From: an uncultured Acidobacteriota bacterium
Lineage (GTDB): Bacteria > Acidobacteriota > Vicinamibacteria > Vicinamibacterales > UBA2999
DNA: 64,000 nucleotides
Reading direction: 5' to 3'
Assembly: GCA_963818645.1 (NCBI GenBank)
Contig: CAWFTF010000024.1
Coordinates: 61,493 to 125,492, forward strand
Both the position numbers and the translations under genes were made by a program. Positions 28,960-38,713 of the stretch are shown one piece after another. Numbering within the stretch: the first letter of the stretch is position 1; each line of letters opens with the position of its first letter. The notes beneath the pieces were generated by a model that was not told the origin of the DNA, searched no databases, and saw nothing but the letters and a program-made list of their open reading frames with translations.

Positions 28960-31156
28960 ATGAAGAAGAGCGTTCTGAAAAGCGTCTTCGTGTTCCTGGG
29001 AGTCGCTGTGCTCTCCGCCGCTGGCGTTCTCGCCGGACAGGGATCGCAGGCGGCAAACGAGTCGCTGTGGGAAGCGTCACGCGCCGGCGACACCACCCGG
29101 ATCACTGCGGCGCTCGCGCAGGGTGCTGACGTCAACGCGAAGTCCAGGTACGACGTCACGCCGCTGATCTTCGCAGCCGGCAACGGACGCCTCGATGCCG
29201 TGAAGCTGCTGCTCTCGCGCGGTGCCGACGTCAACGCACAGGACACCTTCTATCGCGGACGCGCGGCCGACATGGCCATCGCGAACGGTTATATCGATGT
29301 CGCGGTCTTGCTCGTACAGAGCGGTTCGGACGCCGACAGCGCCCTTGTGGGAGGCGTCCAGAGCAACAGCGAGGCATTAATCAAGGCGGCACTGGCAGGC
29401 AAGGTCACACGTCAGGGACTGCAATCGGCTGTCGCCATGGCCGGCACGATGAAGCGGGATTCTCTCGTCCCGCTTATCAAAGGTGCTCTCGATAAGCTGC
29501 CGCCAGAGACAGCAGCACCTGCCTTCGTCGTCGATGCAACGGTTCTTCCGAAATACGTCGGCACATACCGCGATGCCGGAAGCGGTTTGACGATGACCGT
29601 GACGCTGAACGACGGGACGCTGATGTCGCAGGTTACGGGCCAGCCGGCGGTTCGGCTGGTGCCGTCGGCCGCGGATGTCTTTCGCATCACCGAAGTCAAT
29701 GCGACGCTGACGTTCGCCGGTCGCGGCGGTCTCATCGAGTCAGTGGATCTGGTGCAGGGTCCCGCGAGCATCAGCCTCGCGCGCATGACGCCCGACGCGG
29801 CGGCGGCCGCAGCCGCCCCACTGCCTGTCGCGGCGCCATCTGCCGCCAGCCGCGTCAGTCCCTCGATCGACCGGCCCGCGTAACTGGCCCGCGTTTCGTG
29901 GCGAAGGCGCCTCGGGCAATGGCGACGGCCAGCGTGCCGTGACCGAGTGGGATGTCGCGAGTGGAAAGAACATCAAGTGGAAGACGCCGATCCCTGGCAT
30001 CGCCAACTCGAGCCCGGTGATCTGGGGGGATCGTGTGTTCGCGGTCACGGCCATCAGCAAGGCCGGCGACAACACGTTCAAGACCGGCTTGTACGGCGAC
30101 GTCAAGCCGGTGGACGACCTGTCTGAGCATCAGTGGAAGGTCTACGCGCTCGACAAAACGTCAGGAAAGATTCTCTGGGAGCGAACTGCCGTCACTGCGA
30201 CACCAAAGACGAAGCGGCACACCAAGAGCAGTCAGGCCAGCTCGACGCCGGTTACTGACGGCAAGCGCGTTGTTGCCGTCTTCGGCTCCGCAGGCGTTCT
30301 CGCCGCGTGGGACTTCAACGGCAAGGAACTGTGGCGCGTCGATCTGGGCGTCCTTGATAGCGGATGGTTCTTCGATCCGGCGTTTCAGTGGGGCCACTCG
30401 AGCTCGCCGATCATCTACCGCAATGCCGTCATCCTTCAGGCCGACGTGCAGAAGGGCTCGTACATCGCGGCATGGGATCTGGCCACCGGCAAGCAACTCT
30501 GGAAGACCGCGCGCACCGACGAGATCTCGACGTGGGGAACGCCCACGCTCGCACGCACGGCAGACGGCCGCGATGAGATCGTGACCAACGGCACGAAGAT
30601 CCGCGGCTACGACCCGGCGACGGGAAAGCAGCTGTGGACTCTCGGACCGAACTCGGAGATCACGATCGGTACGCCTGTCGCCGGCAATGGTCTCGTGTAC
30701 GTCACCGGCGGTTATCCTCCAGTGCGGCCGATCTATGCGATCCGGCCCGGCGCTGAGGGCGACATCTCGCTTCAAAAAGGACAAGACTCGAATCAGGCGA
30801 TTGCCTGGAGCAACATGAACGAGGGGACGTATATCCCGACGCCACTGCTGTACGGCGGCTACCTCTTCACTCTCAACATCAATGGCATCGTCTCGGCGTA
30901 CAACCCTGAGACTGGTCAGCGCGCGTTTCGTGGACGCGTCGGCACTGGCGGATCGTTCTCTGCCTCACCGATCGCCGCAGACGGAAGTCTGTATGTTGCG
31001 AGTGAAGACGGTGAGATCTACGTGATTACCGCTGCGCCGGGATTGACGCAGGTCGCGAAGAACGACATGAAGGAAATAGTCATGGCCACGCCGGCAATCT
31101 CGGACGGCCTGATCGTCGTGCGAACCCTGGGTCACCTTTACGGCATCGGACAGTAG
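28960..31156 (+). CDS. secreted ankyrin-repeat + PQQ-like beta-propeller protein; frameshift near 29860
   Basis: Signal peptide, GADVNA/TPLIFAA ankyrin repeats, a YVGTY domain, then NWPAFRG and WKTPIPG..SSPVIWGDRVF propeller repeats. Confidence 0.78.
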
Positions 31157-31159
31157 CCG

Positions 31160-31510
31160 TCAGCTCTTTTCGGCGCGAGTGACGTCCAGATGGAAACGGT
31201 GCAGGACGAGATGAAATACCGGCATGAACAGGAGCCCGGCGACGATGAGGAAGACCAAACCTGAGTAGAGCGCAAAGAACGCCGCGAACAGTTTGCCGCT
31301 CGACGGACCGAGATCGCCCACCGGTCCCATCCCACCGAGCAGCATTGCGGAGTTGAGCAGGGCATCGATCCAGAGTTGGCCGCTCAACACATGAAAGCCC
31401 ACCGTTCCAAGTGCCAGTGAGCCCAGCACCAGGATCAGGGCAACCAGACCCTGACGCGCAAGTCGCTGGACGAACACGCGTTTGCTCAGGAGCTTCTGCT
31501 TATTCTCCAT
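31160..31510 (-). CDS. small two-TM membrane protein resembling a potassium-channel pore module
   Basis: TM-WIDALLNSAMLLGGMGP-GKLFAAFFALYSG-TM. Confidence 0.6.
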   Translation of the reverse strand: MENKQKLLSKRVFVQRLARQGLVALILVLGSLALGTVGFHVLSGQLWIDALLNSAMLLGGMGPVGDLGPSSGKLFAAFFALYSGLVFLIVAGLLFMPVFHLVLHRFHLDVTRAEKS

Positions 31511-31511
31511 T

Positions 31512-32705
31512 TTAGAGAGACCTAAGGAACGCGAGCAGCGCGGCGCGATCGCTGTCGGCCGCGCGTTCGTATCCCCGCCGCGACAGTTCCGCCTCGTTCC
31601 CGTGACGACCGATCGAGTCCTCGAGGGTCGCCGCCGATCCATCGTGCAGGTAGGGCCTGCGGAAGCGAAGCCCCCAGAGTGCCGGTGTGCGAATCTCCTC
31701 CGGTGCCGCCACGCCCTGCGCGATGCCATCGCCCGTCCCAATGTCGTGCAGCAGGAGATCCGAGAAGAGTGGGACCTGGCGGTGATGGAAGAGCGGATTG
31801 CCGCTCGGCCCGGTTTGCAGCGACGGTGTGTGGCATGCGGCGCAGCCGATTGCACCGAACACCTGTTCGCCGAGACGCGCCGATTCGCCGACCGGACCAC
31901 GAGCGACGGGCGCCAGGAACTTCATGAAGCTGGCAAAGTTGTCGATGCCGCGACGACCGGTGCGCGGATCGCGTTTGTCCTCGATATCTGGAATCAGATC
32001 GCACAGCCGCATGCGATCGCCCGTGACGCCTACGGCGAGCTCCTGCGAGAACAGTTCGTTGGTGATGCCCATCTCGTTGCGGTAGGCGTCTGCGCCGAAC
32101 GTGAGCAGTGTAGCGTGCTGCGCCTTCCATCCGAATCGTCCGACGCGCCGTTCGCCGGTTGCGACATCGACGACGATGGCCGCGCGGCCGCTGACGCCGT
32201 CGCGATTGCGATCGACAGGATCTTCGAGCGCGAGCAGTGATTCGTCAGGAATCGCCTCGACGAGACCCGCACCGAAGAGCGGGATCGGCACGCGTCGCGC
32301 AAACACTGTGGCGTCGGCGGGGACCTGAGGCTGGCACGAGTGGCTGGGCACAGAGAACAAATGGAACAGCGTTTCGCCCGAGGGATCGAGCGCGACGAAC
32401 TCGCCGCGCGGACCTCGCTTGGCGGCGCGCACTTCGGCGATGTGCCCGGTACCTCCGACCGCCGGGACGCTGTGACATGCGCCACAGCTCGTGCCGTTAT
32501 AGGCCGGGCCCAATCCCTCGTCTGAAGTCTCGACTTCGAGAAAGTCGTCGAGACCAATTCGAAACTCTTCGAACTCCACCGGTGTCACGCCCGCTAATGG
32601 GTCGCCAGGCACGCCTCCTGGTGTTTGCGCGACGAGCAGACCGCTGAGCAGGACGATCGTGGCAACCGTGGTAGTCCGGCGCGATCCGGACACTGCACTC
32701 GACAT
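31512..32705 (-). CDS. exported di-heme oxidoreductase (DHOR / cytochrome c peroxidase-like)
   Basis: Two CxxCH motifs (CGACH, CAACH), GRFGWKA, SDLLLHD and RTPALWGL..YLHDG. Confidence 0.85.
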   Translation of the reverse strand: MSSAVSGSRRTTTVATIVLLSGLLVAQTPGGVPGDPLAGVTPVEFEEFRIGLDDFLEVETSDEGLGPAYNGTSCGACHSVPAVGGTGHIAEVRAAKRGPRGEFVALDPSGETLFHLFSVPSHSCQPQVPADATVFARRVPIPLFGAGLVEAIPDESLLALEDPVDRNRDGVSGRAAIVVDVATGERRVGRFGWKAQHATLLTFGADAYRNEMGITNELFSQELAVGVTGDRMRLCDLIPDIEDKRDPRTGRRGIDNFASFMKFLAPVARGPVGESARLGEQVFGAIGCAACHTPSLQTGPSGNPLFHHRQVPLFSDLLLHDIGTGDGIAQGVAAPEEIRTPALWGLRFRRPYLHDGSAATLEDSIGRHGNEAELSRRGYERAADSDRAALLAFLRSL

Positions 32706-32714
32706 GGAGGACCT

Positions 32715-33068
32715 CTATTCGGCGGCGATGATGACGCCGCGCATGAACGAGTGACCGGCGCCGCACAACCTGGAGCACTGGAACTCGTAACGGCCTGCTG
32801 TGGGCTGGAATGTGACCGACGCAATACCGCGTCCTCGCTTGGGCAACTCGAGATTGATGTCGGTGCCCACGATGTGGAAGCCGTGCATCGTGTCTTCGCT
32901 CGTCAGGCGAATCTCGAGCTTCGTTCCCGCTTTGACGCGAATCTCGGACGGGTTGAAGCTGAAACGCTCGGCGCTGATCTCGATGACCTGCGCATCCTGG
33001 GCATCTACCCGGCTGGCCGAACCTGCTGCAGTGACGAGAAGTACGAATGACAGGAGGGCATGTCGCAT
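32715..33068 (-). CDS. exported cupredoxin with a CuA-type site
   Basis: Signal peptide; HGF ... CSRLCGAGHSFM. Confidence 0.85.
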   Translation of the reverse strand: MRHALLSFVLLVTAAGSASRVDAQDAQVIEISAERFSFNPSEIRVKAGTKLEIRLTSEDTMHGFHIVGTDINLELPKRGRGIASVTFQPTAGRYEFQCSRLCGAGHSFMRGVIIAAE

Positions 33069-34840
33069 CAGAACCACCATCCCAGGCCGATGTTGACCGA
33101 GTTCGGCGCCTGAATCACCGTGCTGCGATTTCCCACGATCGAGTAGTCGAACTTCACGGCGACGTCGGGATCGGGCCAGTACGTTGCGCCAACAACCCAC
33201 GCGTCGCGGTCGAACTCCGGAAGGCCAACATAACCCGTGGGCATTCGGAACTGCGTGTCGAAGTTCTCGTACCTGGCGAACGTGCCGATCTCGCCGAACC
33301 GCGGATGTGAGATCACTCGATAACCAGCCTCACCGTAGAAGCCACGCAGCACCCGCGCGACGTTCGGGTTGACGCCAACGCGAATCGCGAGGGCATCGTT
33401 CAAGCGTCCCGCGTTGTCGAGCCACACCTGCGAGAACTGCCCGCGCAGCTCCAGTTGACGGCGCGAGTAGCGGGCATCGAACTCCGCGAGCGAGACAGGA
33501 ACATCGAAGACCGGCTGGAACTGGAATCCCGACTTGCCGGACCATCCGCTTGCCCCCAGCGTCAGCCCGCGAATCGCGACGTATTCGAGTCGTCCTGTCA
33601 CACCGGGCTTGCTGACGTTTGCCTCAGAGCCTTTCTGTCGGCCTTCGCGGATGCCTTCCTCGGCGGTGAACTCACCGGCGTCGAGTGGCGCGACGACGTA
33701 CACGCGATATCGCCACCCCCGGCCGACCTCGCCATGCACGCCCGCGCCGACCTCGAACCAGGTCGTCGGGATGATGAACGTGTCGTTGAAGGGGCGCTCG
33801 ACGCCGTAGTAGACCGGCGGCTCGTGGCGTTCGTTGATGATGCCGATTGGCATGAGCAGCATCCCCGCGCGGACGTTGAACGAGCGGGAGAGCAGGAAGT
33901 CGACGTACGCCTGTTCCAGTTCGAGCTCGCCTTTCTCCTCGAGACCCTCGACCACGGCATGTTCGAGCTCGAGCTCGCCGACGAAGCGAATGCGTTCGGA
34001 GAAGTTGTGCGTGACGAGCAGGACGAATCGATGGAAGTCCAGTTGCGCGTCGCTGAACTCGGGGTTGTTGAAATGGAAGTCCATGTAACCCGAGAGCGCC
34101 GTGCGTGGCTGCTCGGCTCGCGGCGTCGCCTGTGCCCACACTGGCGACGAGAGCAGAACGAGGAGCAACACATGCACCGCCTGCACGAGCAGCTTGGACG
34201 CGGCCTTCGTCCCGATCGTCAGCCTGCGATTGTTGCTGCGCCGGACGCGAACGCTATCGGCTGCGGGATCGCGCTCCTCGACCGAGATCGCCTCGCCCGG
34301 CTTCAGATTGTGGTGCTCGATGAAGCGCAGGAAGTCTTTGTCCTGATCGATGATGCGCGTGACGGTGACCTTGGTGTCGAGTGGGCACGTCAGCAGCGTC
34401 TGGAGCTTCTGCGGCTTGACGAGGCCTTCGGCGTTGGGAATTGGATCGCCGTGCGGGTCGGTCTCTGGCCTGCCCAGCATCGCGTCCATTCGATCGACGA
34501 ATCGATCGCTGACGGTGTGCTCGAGTTGTTCGGCCTCGTCGTGCACTTCGTCCCACGAGTAGCCCATCACCTGCACCAGGAAGAGCTCGATCAGGCGATG
34601 ACGACGCGTGACGAGTGCGGCGAGTTTCTGTCCGGCCTTGGTCAGTGCCACGCCAGCGTAGGGCTCGTATTCCACGAGCCCCGACTCCGCCAGCGTCTTG
34701 ACCATCGTCGTCGCCGTGCCGGGCGTGACGTTGAGGGCGGTGGCCAGCTGGCCCATCGGCAGCAGCCGCTGTGGAGGCTCCAGGCTGTTCGTGCCGATGT
34801 ATATGGCTTTGAGGTAGTTCTCGACGGTGCTCGACGGCAT
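33068..34840 (-). CDS. DtxR/MntR-family metalloregulator fused to an outer-membrane beta-barrel (porin-like)
   Basis: ENYLKAIY, RRHRLIELFL, EAEQLEH, DPHGDPIP and FeoA domain; then VLLLVLLSSPVWAQ and an amphipathic beta-rich region ending LGWWF. Confidence 0.8.
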   Translation of the reverse strand: MPSSTVENYLKAIYIGTNSLEPPQRLLPMGQLATALNVTPGTATTMVKTLAESGLVEYEPYAGVALTKAGQKLAALVTRRHRLIELFLVQVMGYSWDEVHDEAEQLEHTVSDRFVDRMDAMLGRPETDPHGDPIPNAEGLVKPQKLQTLLTCPLDTKVTVTRIIDQDKDFLRFIEHHNLKPGEAISVEERDPAADSVRVRRSNNRRLTIGTKAASKLLVQAVHVLLLVLLSSPVWAQATPRAEQPRTALSGYMDFHFNNPEFSDAQLDFHRFVLLVTHNFSERIRFVGELELEHAVVEGLEEKGELELEQAYVDFLLSRSFNVRAGMLLMPIGIINERHEPPVYYGVERPFNDTFIIPTTWFEVGAGVHGEVGRGWRYRVYVVAPLDAGEFTAEEGIREGRQKGSEANVSKPGVTGRLEYVAIRGLTLGASGWSGKSGFQFQPVFDVPVSLAEFDARYSRRQLELRGQFSQVWLDNAGRLNDALAIRVGVNPNVARVLRGFYGEAGYRVISHPRFGEIGTFARYENFDTQFRMPTGYVGLPEFDRDAWVVGATYWPDPDVAVKFDYSIVGNRSTVIQAPNSVNIGLGWWF

Positions 34841-34881
34841 TTGACTCGAGTGTAATTTGACTTTTGACAGAGAACAATATA

Positions 34882-34901
34882 ATTTTTGACTAATCAAAAA
34901 T
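34882..34901. promoter_or_regulatory. palindromic operator, likely for the adjacent MntR/DtxR
   Basis: ATTTTTGA-CTAA-TCAAAAAT next to TATAAT (34878-34883) in the divergent gap. Confidence 0.65.
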
Positions 34902-34918
34902 GACGGACGCGAGCCGAA

Positions 34919-36268
34919 ATGGAAGGTGAGGCCCCGGTTTCAGCGGCCCCGCAGGCTGGCTGGCGAAGTGTCCCCGACGCCCCGAGCCTGCGCGAGGTGC
35001 ACGGGTCGATCGCCGTGCCGCGGGACGCCGGGTTCTGGCGGAAGCTGTTTGCGTTTGCAGGGCCGGGCTATCTGGTGGCCGTCGGCTACATGGACCCGGG
35101 CAACTGGGCGACCGACCTGGCAGGTGGCGCGCGCTACGGCTACACCCTTCTCAGCGTCATCCTGATCTCGAACATGATGGCGATCCTGCTGCAGGCGCTG
35201 GCCGTGCGCCTCGGGATTGCCAGTGGACGCGACCTCGCCCAGGCCTGCCGCGACAGCTATTCGAAGCCCGTCACGATCGTGCTCTGGGTGCTCTGCGAGA
35301 TTGCGATTGCTGCGTGCGATCTGGCGGAGGTCATCGGTGCCGCCATTGCGCTGAACCTGCTCTTCGGACTGCCGCTCATCTGGGGTGTTTCACTCACCGC
35401 GCTTGACGTCCTGCTGATTCTCTTCCTGCAGCATCGCGGCTTCCGATACGTGGAAGCCCTCGTCGTTGGGCTGATCGTCGCGATTGCCGGATCCTTCGCG
35501 ATTGAGATCTTCTTCGCACGTCCTGATCCGGGCGCGCTCGTTGCTGGCTTCATCCCGCGACCGGAGATCATCACCAACCCGGAGATGCTCTACATCGCGC
35601 TCGGCATCCTCGGCGCGACGGTGATGCCGCACAACCTGTATCTGCACTCGTCCATCGTCCAGACCCGGCGATACGAGGACACGGTGGCGAGCAAGAAGGA
35701 AGCGATCCGGTTCGCGACGCTCGACTCGTCGATCGCGCTGATGTCGGCGCTCTTCATCAACGCGGCGATCCTGATCGTGTCGGCGGCGGTGTTCCACGGC
35801 ACGGAGTACGAATCGGTCGCCGACATCGGCGATGCGCACAAGCTCCTGTCACCACTCCTTGGCACCGGCGCGGCGGGAGTCCTGTTCGCTGTAGCGCTCT
35901 TGTGCTCAGGGCAGAACGCGACGTTGACCGGCACGCTCGCCGGTCAGATTGTCATGGAGGGCTTCGTCAACATCCGCCTGCGGCCATGGTTGCGGCGTCT
36001 CATCACACGCCTCGTGGCCATCGTCCCGGCGATTATCGTCGTCAGCCTGTATGGCGAGCGCGGCACTGGTGCCCTCCTGATCCTCAGCCAGGTCATCCTG
36101 AGCCTGCAGCTGCCGTTCGCGGTGTTCCCTCTGGTCAGCTTCACGAGCGACAAGGCCAAGATGGGTGTGTTCGTCGCGCCCGGCTGGGTGCGCGCGCTCG
36201 CGTGGACGATCGCCGTTATCATTGCTGCGCTGAACGTCTGGCTGCTCTATCAGACGTTTCTCGGATAG
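34919..36268 (+). CDS. mntH: Nramp Mn2+/Fe2+ transporter
   Basis: [29 protein letters not shown] and [11 protein letters not shown]. Confidence 0.95.
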   Translation: MEGEAPVSAAPQAGWRSVPDAPSLREVHGSIAVPRDAGFWRKLFAFAGPGYLVAVGYMDPGNWATDLAGGARYGYTLLSVILISNMMAILLQALAVRLGIASGRDLAQACRDSYSKPVTIVLWVLCEIAIAACDLAEVIGAAIALNLLFGLPLIWGVSLTALDVLLILFLQHRGFRYVEALVVGLIVAIAGSFAIEIFFARPDPGALVAGFIPRPEIITNPEMLYIALGILGATVMPHNLYLHSSIVQTRRYEDTVASKKEAIRFATLDSSIALMSALFINAAILIVSAAVFHGTEYESVADIGDAHKLLSPLLGTGAAGVLFAVALLCSGQNATLTGTLAGQIVMEGFVNIRLRPWLRRLITRLVAIVPAIIVVSLYGERGTGALLILSQVILSLQLPFAVFPLVSFTSDKAKMGVFVAPGWVRALAWTIAVIIAALNVWLLYQTFLG

Positions 36269-36291
36269 GCCCATTTCACAGATAAACAGGC

Positions 36292-36714
36292 ATGTATCGA
36301 AGGATCCTCGTTGCCGTTGAGAACTCTCTGGCAGACAAGACAATCCTTGCGCACGTCCGTCAGCTCGCCACGCTGACGAAGGCGGAGATTCTGCTCGTGC
36401 ACGTTGCCGATGGCTGGGCGGCGCGCAACTTCGATCAGCTGAAATTGCGGGAATCTGAAGAGATGAAGGCCGATCGCGCCTACCTGGAGCGAATCGCGTC
36501 CGAGCTCACCGCGGACTCACTGACGGTGCAGTGTGAACTCGCGATGGGCGACCCGGCCAACGAGTTGATCAGGCTCGCAGAGGAGCGCAACGTCGATCTC
36601 ATCGCGATGTCCACGCACGGGCATCGCTTCTTCAACGATCTGTTGCGAGGAACGACGGTGAGCAAAGTCCGTCACTTCGTGAAGATCCCGGTGCTTCTGC
36701 TTCGAGCTCAATAA
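36292..36714 (+). CDS. universal stress protein
   Basis: YRRILVAV, GDPA..L, DLIAMSTHG and IPVLL. Confidence 0.9.
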   Translation: MYRRILVAVENSLADKTILAHVRQLATLTKAEILLVHVADGWAARNFDQLKLRESEEMKADRAYLERIASELTADSLTVQCELAMGDPANELIRLAEERNVDLIAMSTHGHRFFNDLLRGTTVSKVRHFVKIPVLLLRAQ

Positions 36715-36721
36715 GTCCAGC

Positions 36722-37159
36722 CTACCGCTCCAGCCACGGCTCGAGCGCACCCGCCAGAAACTCCAGCACCTCCTCTTCGCTCATGTCGTCCGGCCCTGCC
36801 CCGGGCTTGATCGGGCGCTCTTCGTCGATCGTGCGTGAGCCGCGCGTTCGACGGACACGACCGACGACGTGCGGCTGATCGGTCTCGGAATTGAGCGCCA
36901 GCTCGATGTAATCGTCGCGACCTGAATCCAACGACACTCGCAGCCCGCGGTTTGGCGTCGATACAGTGAAGCCGTAGCCTTCGGCACGCAGCGCGTTGAC
37001 GACCTGACGCGCGAGCGGCGCGGCGAGCTGATCGAGAAACTTCTCGTACGCCTGCTCGGCTTCATCGGCCTTCTGACGGCGCTGCTTCGCGCGATCGCGG
37101 GCGGTCGTCATGGCGGCCTGAATTCGTTTTCGGACTAGTGAGATTTCCAATGGCATCAC
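36722..37159 (-). CDS. hypothetical protein
   Basis: Clean 145-aa ORF with AGGGAG RBS; no family recognised. Confidence 0.65.
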   Translation of the reverse strand: MMPLEISLVRKRIQAAMTTARDRAKQRRQKADEAEQAYEKFLDQLAAPLARQVVNALRAEGYGFTVSTPNRGLRVSLDSGRDDYIELALNSETDQPHVVGRVRRTRGSRTIDEERPIKPGAGPDDMSEEEVLEFLAGALEPWLER

Positions 37160-37177
37160 TCCCTTTGTATCGAAGGT

Positions 37178-37429
37178 TTCGGAGGCAACGGATCACCGCG
37201 GAGCCGCGGAGACGCGGAGAAAGCCTGGCGCAAGTGGGCGCCGGCGATGGGCCAGGCGCCGCGGATCGCGGGGCGCCCAGAAACGCAAGCAGCGTGATCT
37301 GGTTTGGCTTGTGTTTCCGGGCGTCCCGCGGTCCGAGCCGCGCGTTGCGCGGCCGTCTGCGCCAGGGGTGTCATTTCTCCGTGGGTCCTCCGTGACTCCG
37401 TGCCTCCGTGGTGATCCGTTATCTCCGAA
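37178..37429. repeat. about 250-nt nested inverted-repeat element (MITE-like or structured RNA)
   Basis: Outer arms AACGGATCACCGCGGAG/CTCCGTGGTGATCCGTT with 8-9-mer repeats; inner 9-bp and 28-bp stems. Confidence 0.7.
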
Positions 37430-37442
37430 GGCTTCCGTTCTC

Positions 37443-38639
37443 TCAACCAATCACGCGCTGATCACGCAAGCGCTCGATTTCTTCGTCAGCCATCTGCAAT
37501 TCTCGAAGAATCGACACGGTGTGCTGTCCCAGCGTCGGCGGCGCGGTGCGCACAGAACCCGGCGTGTCGGACAGCTTGATCGGCACGCCCACCACCTTCA
37601 GCATTCCGGCGGCGACGTGCTCTACGGATTGGACCATCTCGCGCGCGAGTATCTGTGGATCGGCGAGCGCCTCCGGCACGTCACGGACGGCCCCGCACGG
37701 GACGCCGGCCGCTGTCAGTACCTCGATCCAATATGCCCGCGGACGCACGCACAGGATTGGCGAGAGTCGTTCTCGCAACTCGATGTGGTTGACGACGCGC
37801 AGAGGATTCGTTGCAAACTTCGGATCTTCGGGCAGCGACGCAAGACCGGCGGCCGCACAGAAGCGGCGGAACTGATCGTCGTTGCCAACCGCCAGAAAGA
37901 ACTCACCATCAGCCGTGGCGAACGTGTCGTACGGAGCAATCGTCGCGTGACGATTCCCGACGCGCCGCGATCGAATGTTCGCGGTCAGATGCATCGATGC
38001 GTGATAACTGAGGATCGAAACGACGCCGTCCAGCATACCGATGTCAACCTGCTGTCCGCGACCGGTCTTCTCGCGCGCATACAACGCGAGCACGATCCCG
38101 TGGGCGGTCAGCATGCCTGCCACGAGATCGGCGATCGCGACGCCGACGCGAAACGGAGGGCCATCCGGATCGCCGGTGATGCTCATGAGGCCACCCTCGG
38201 CCTGGACTACCGCGTCGTAGCCGGCTTCGAATCGCCGTGGCCCTGTTTGTCCGAAGCCGGAGATCGACGCGTGAATCAGCTTTGGCCGCGCATCTTTGAG
38301 CGACGCGTAATCAAGGCCGAGTCGCGTGAGCGTCCCGGGTCGGAAGTTCTCCACGACGATATCCGCCTGGTCGAGGAGACGATGGATGATCCGCCGCCCC
38401 TCGGGCCGCTTGAAGTCGAGCGCAATGCTTTCCTTGTTGCGGTTCGTTCCCAGGAAATATGCGCTCTCACCCGCGACGAATGGCGGGCCCCACGCGCGTG
38501 TCTCGTCTCCGTCGCCTGGACGTTCCACCTTGACGACGCGCGCGCCCATGTCGGCCAGGAGCATCGTGCAATACGGGCCGGACAGGACGCGAGTCAGGTC
38601 GAGAACGAAGACGCCACTCAGTGGGCCGCTTGGGGGCAT
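37443..38639 (-). CDS. class III CoA-transferase (CaiB/BaiF family)
   Basis: LDLTRVLSGPY, NRNKESIALD, ENFRPG, GFGQTGP, GYD and APPTLGQHT. Confidence 0.93.
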   Translation of the reverse strand: MPPSGPLSGVFVLDLTRVLSGPYCTMLLADMGARVVKVERPGDGDETRAWGPPFVAGESAYFLGTNRNKESIALDFKRPEGRRIIHRLLDQADIVVENFRPGTLTRLGLDYASLKDARPKLIHASISGFGQTGPRRFEAGYDAVVQAEGGLMSITGDPDGPPFRVGVAIADLVAGMLTAHGIVLALYAREKTGRGQQVDIGMLDGVVSILSYHASMHLTANIRSRRVGNRHATIAPYDTFATADGEFFLAVGNDDQFRRFCAAAGLASLPEDPKFATNPLRVVNHIELRERLSPILCVRPRAYWIEVLTAAGVPCGAVRDVPEALADPQILAREMVQSVEHVAAGMLKVVGVPIKLSDTPGSVRTAPPTLGQHTVSILRELQMADEEIERLRDQRVIG

Positions 38640-38713
38640 GCGGGCTCCATTCTAGTGACTCCCAACCTGGACCGTACGTTTCGCGTCAGAATCTGTGGAG
38701 AGGAGATCCCACG

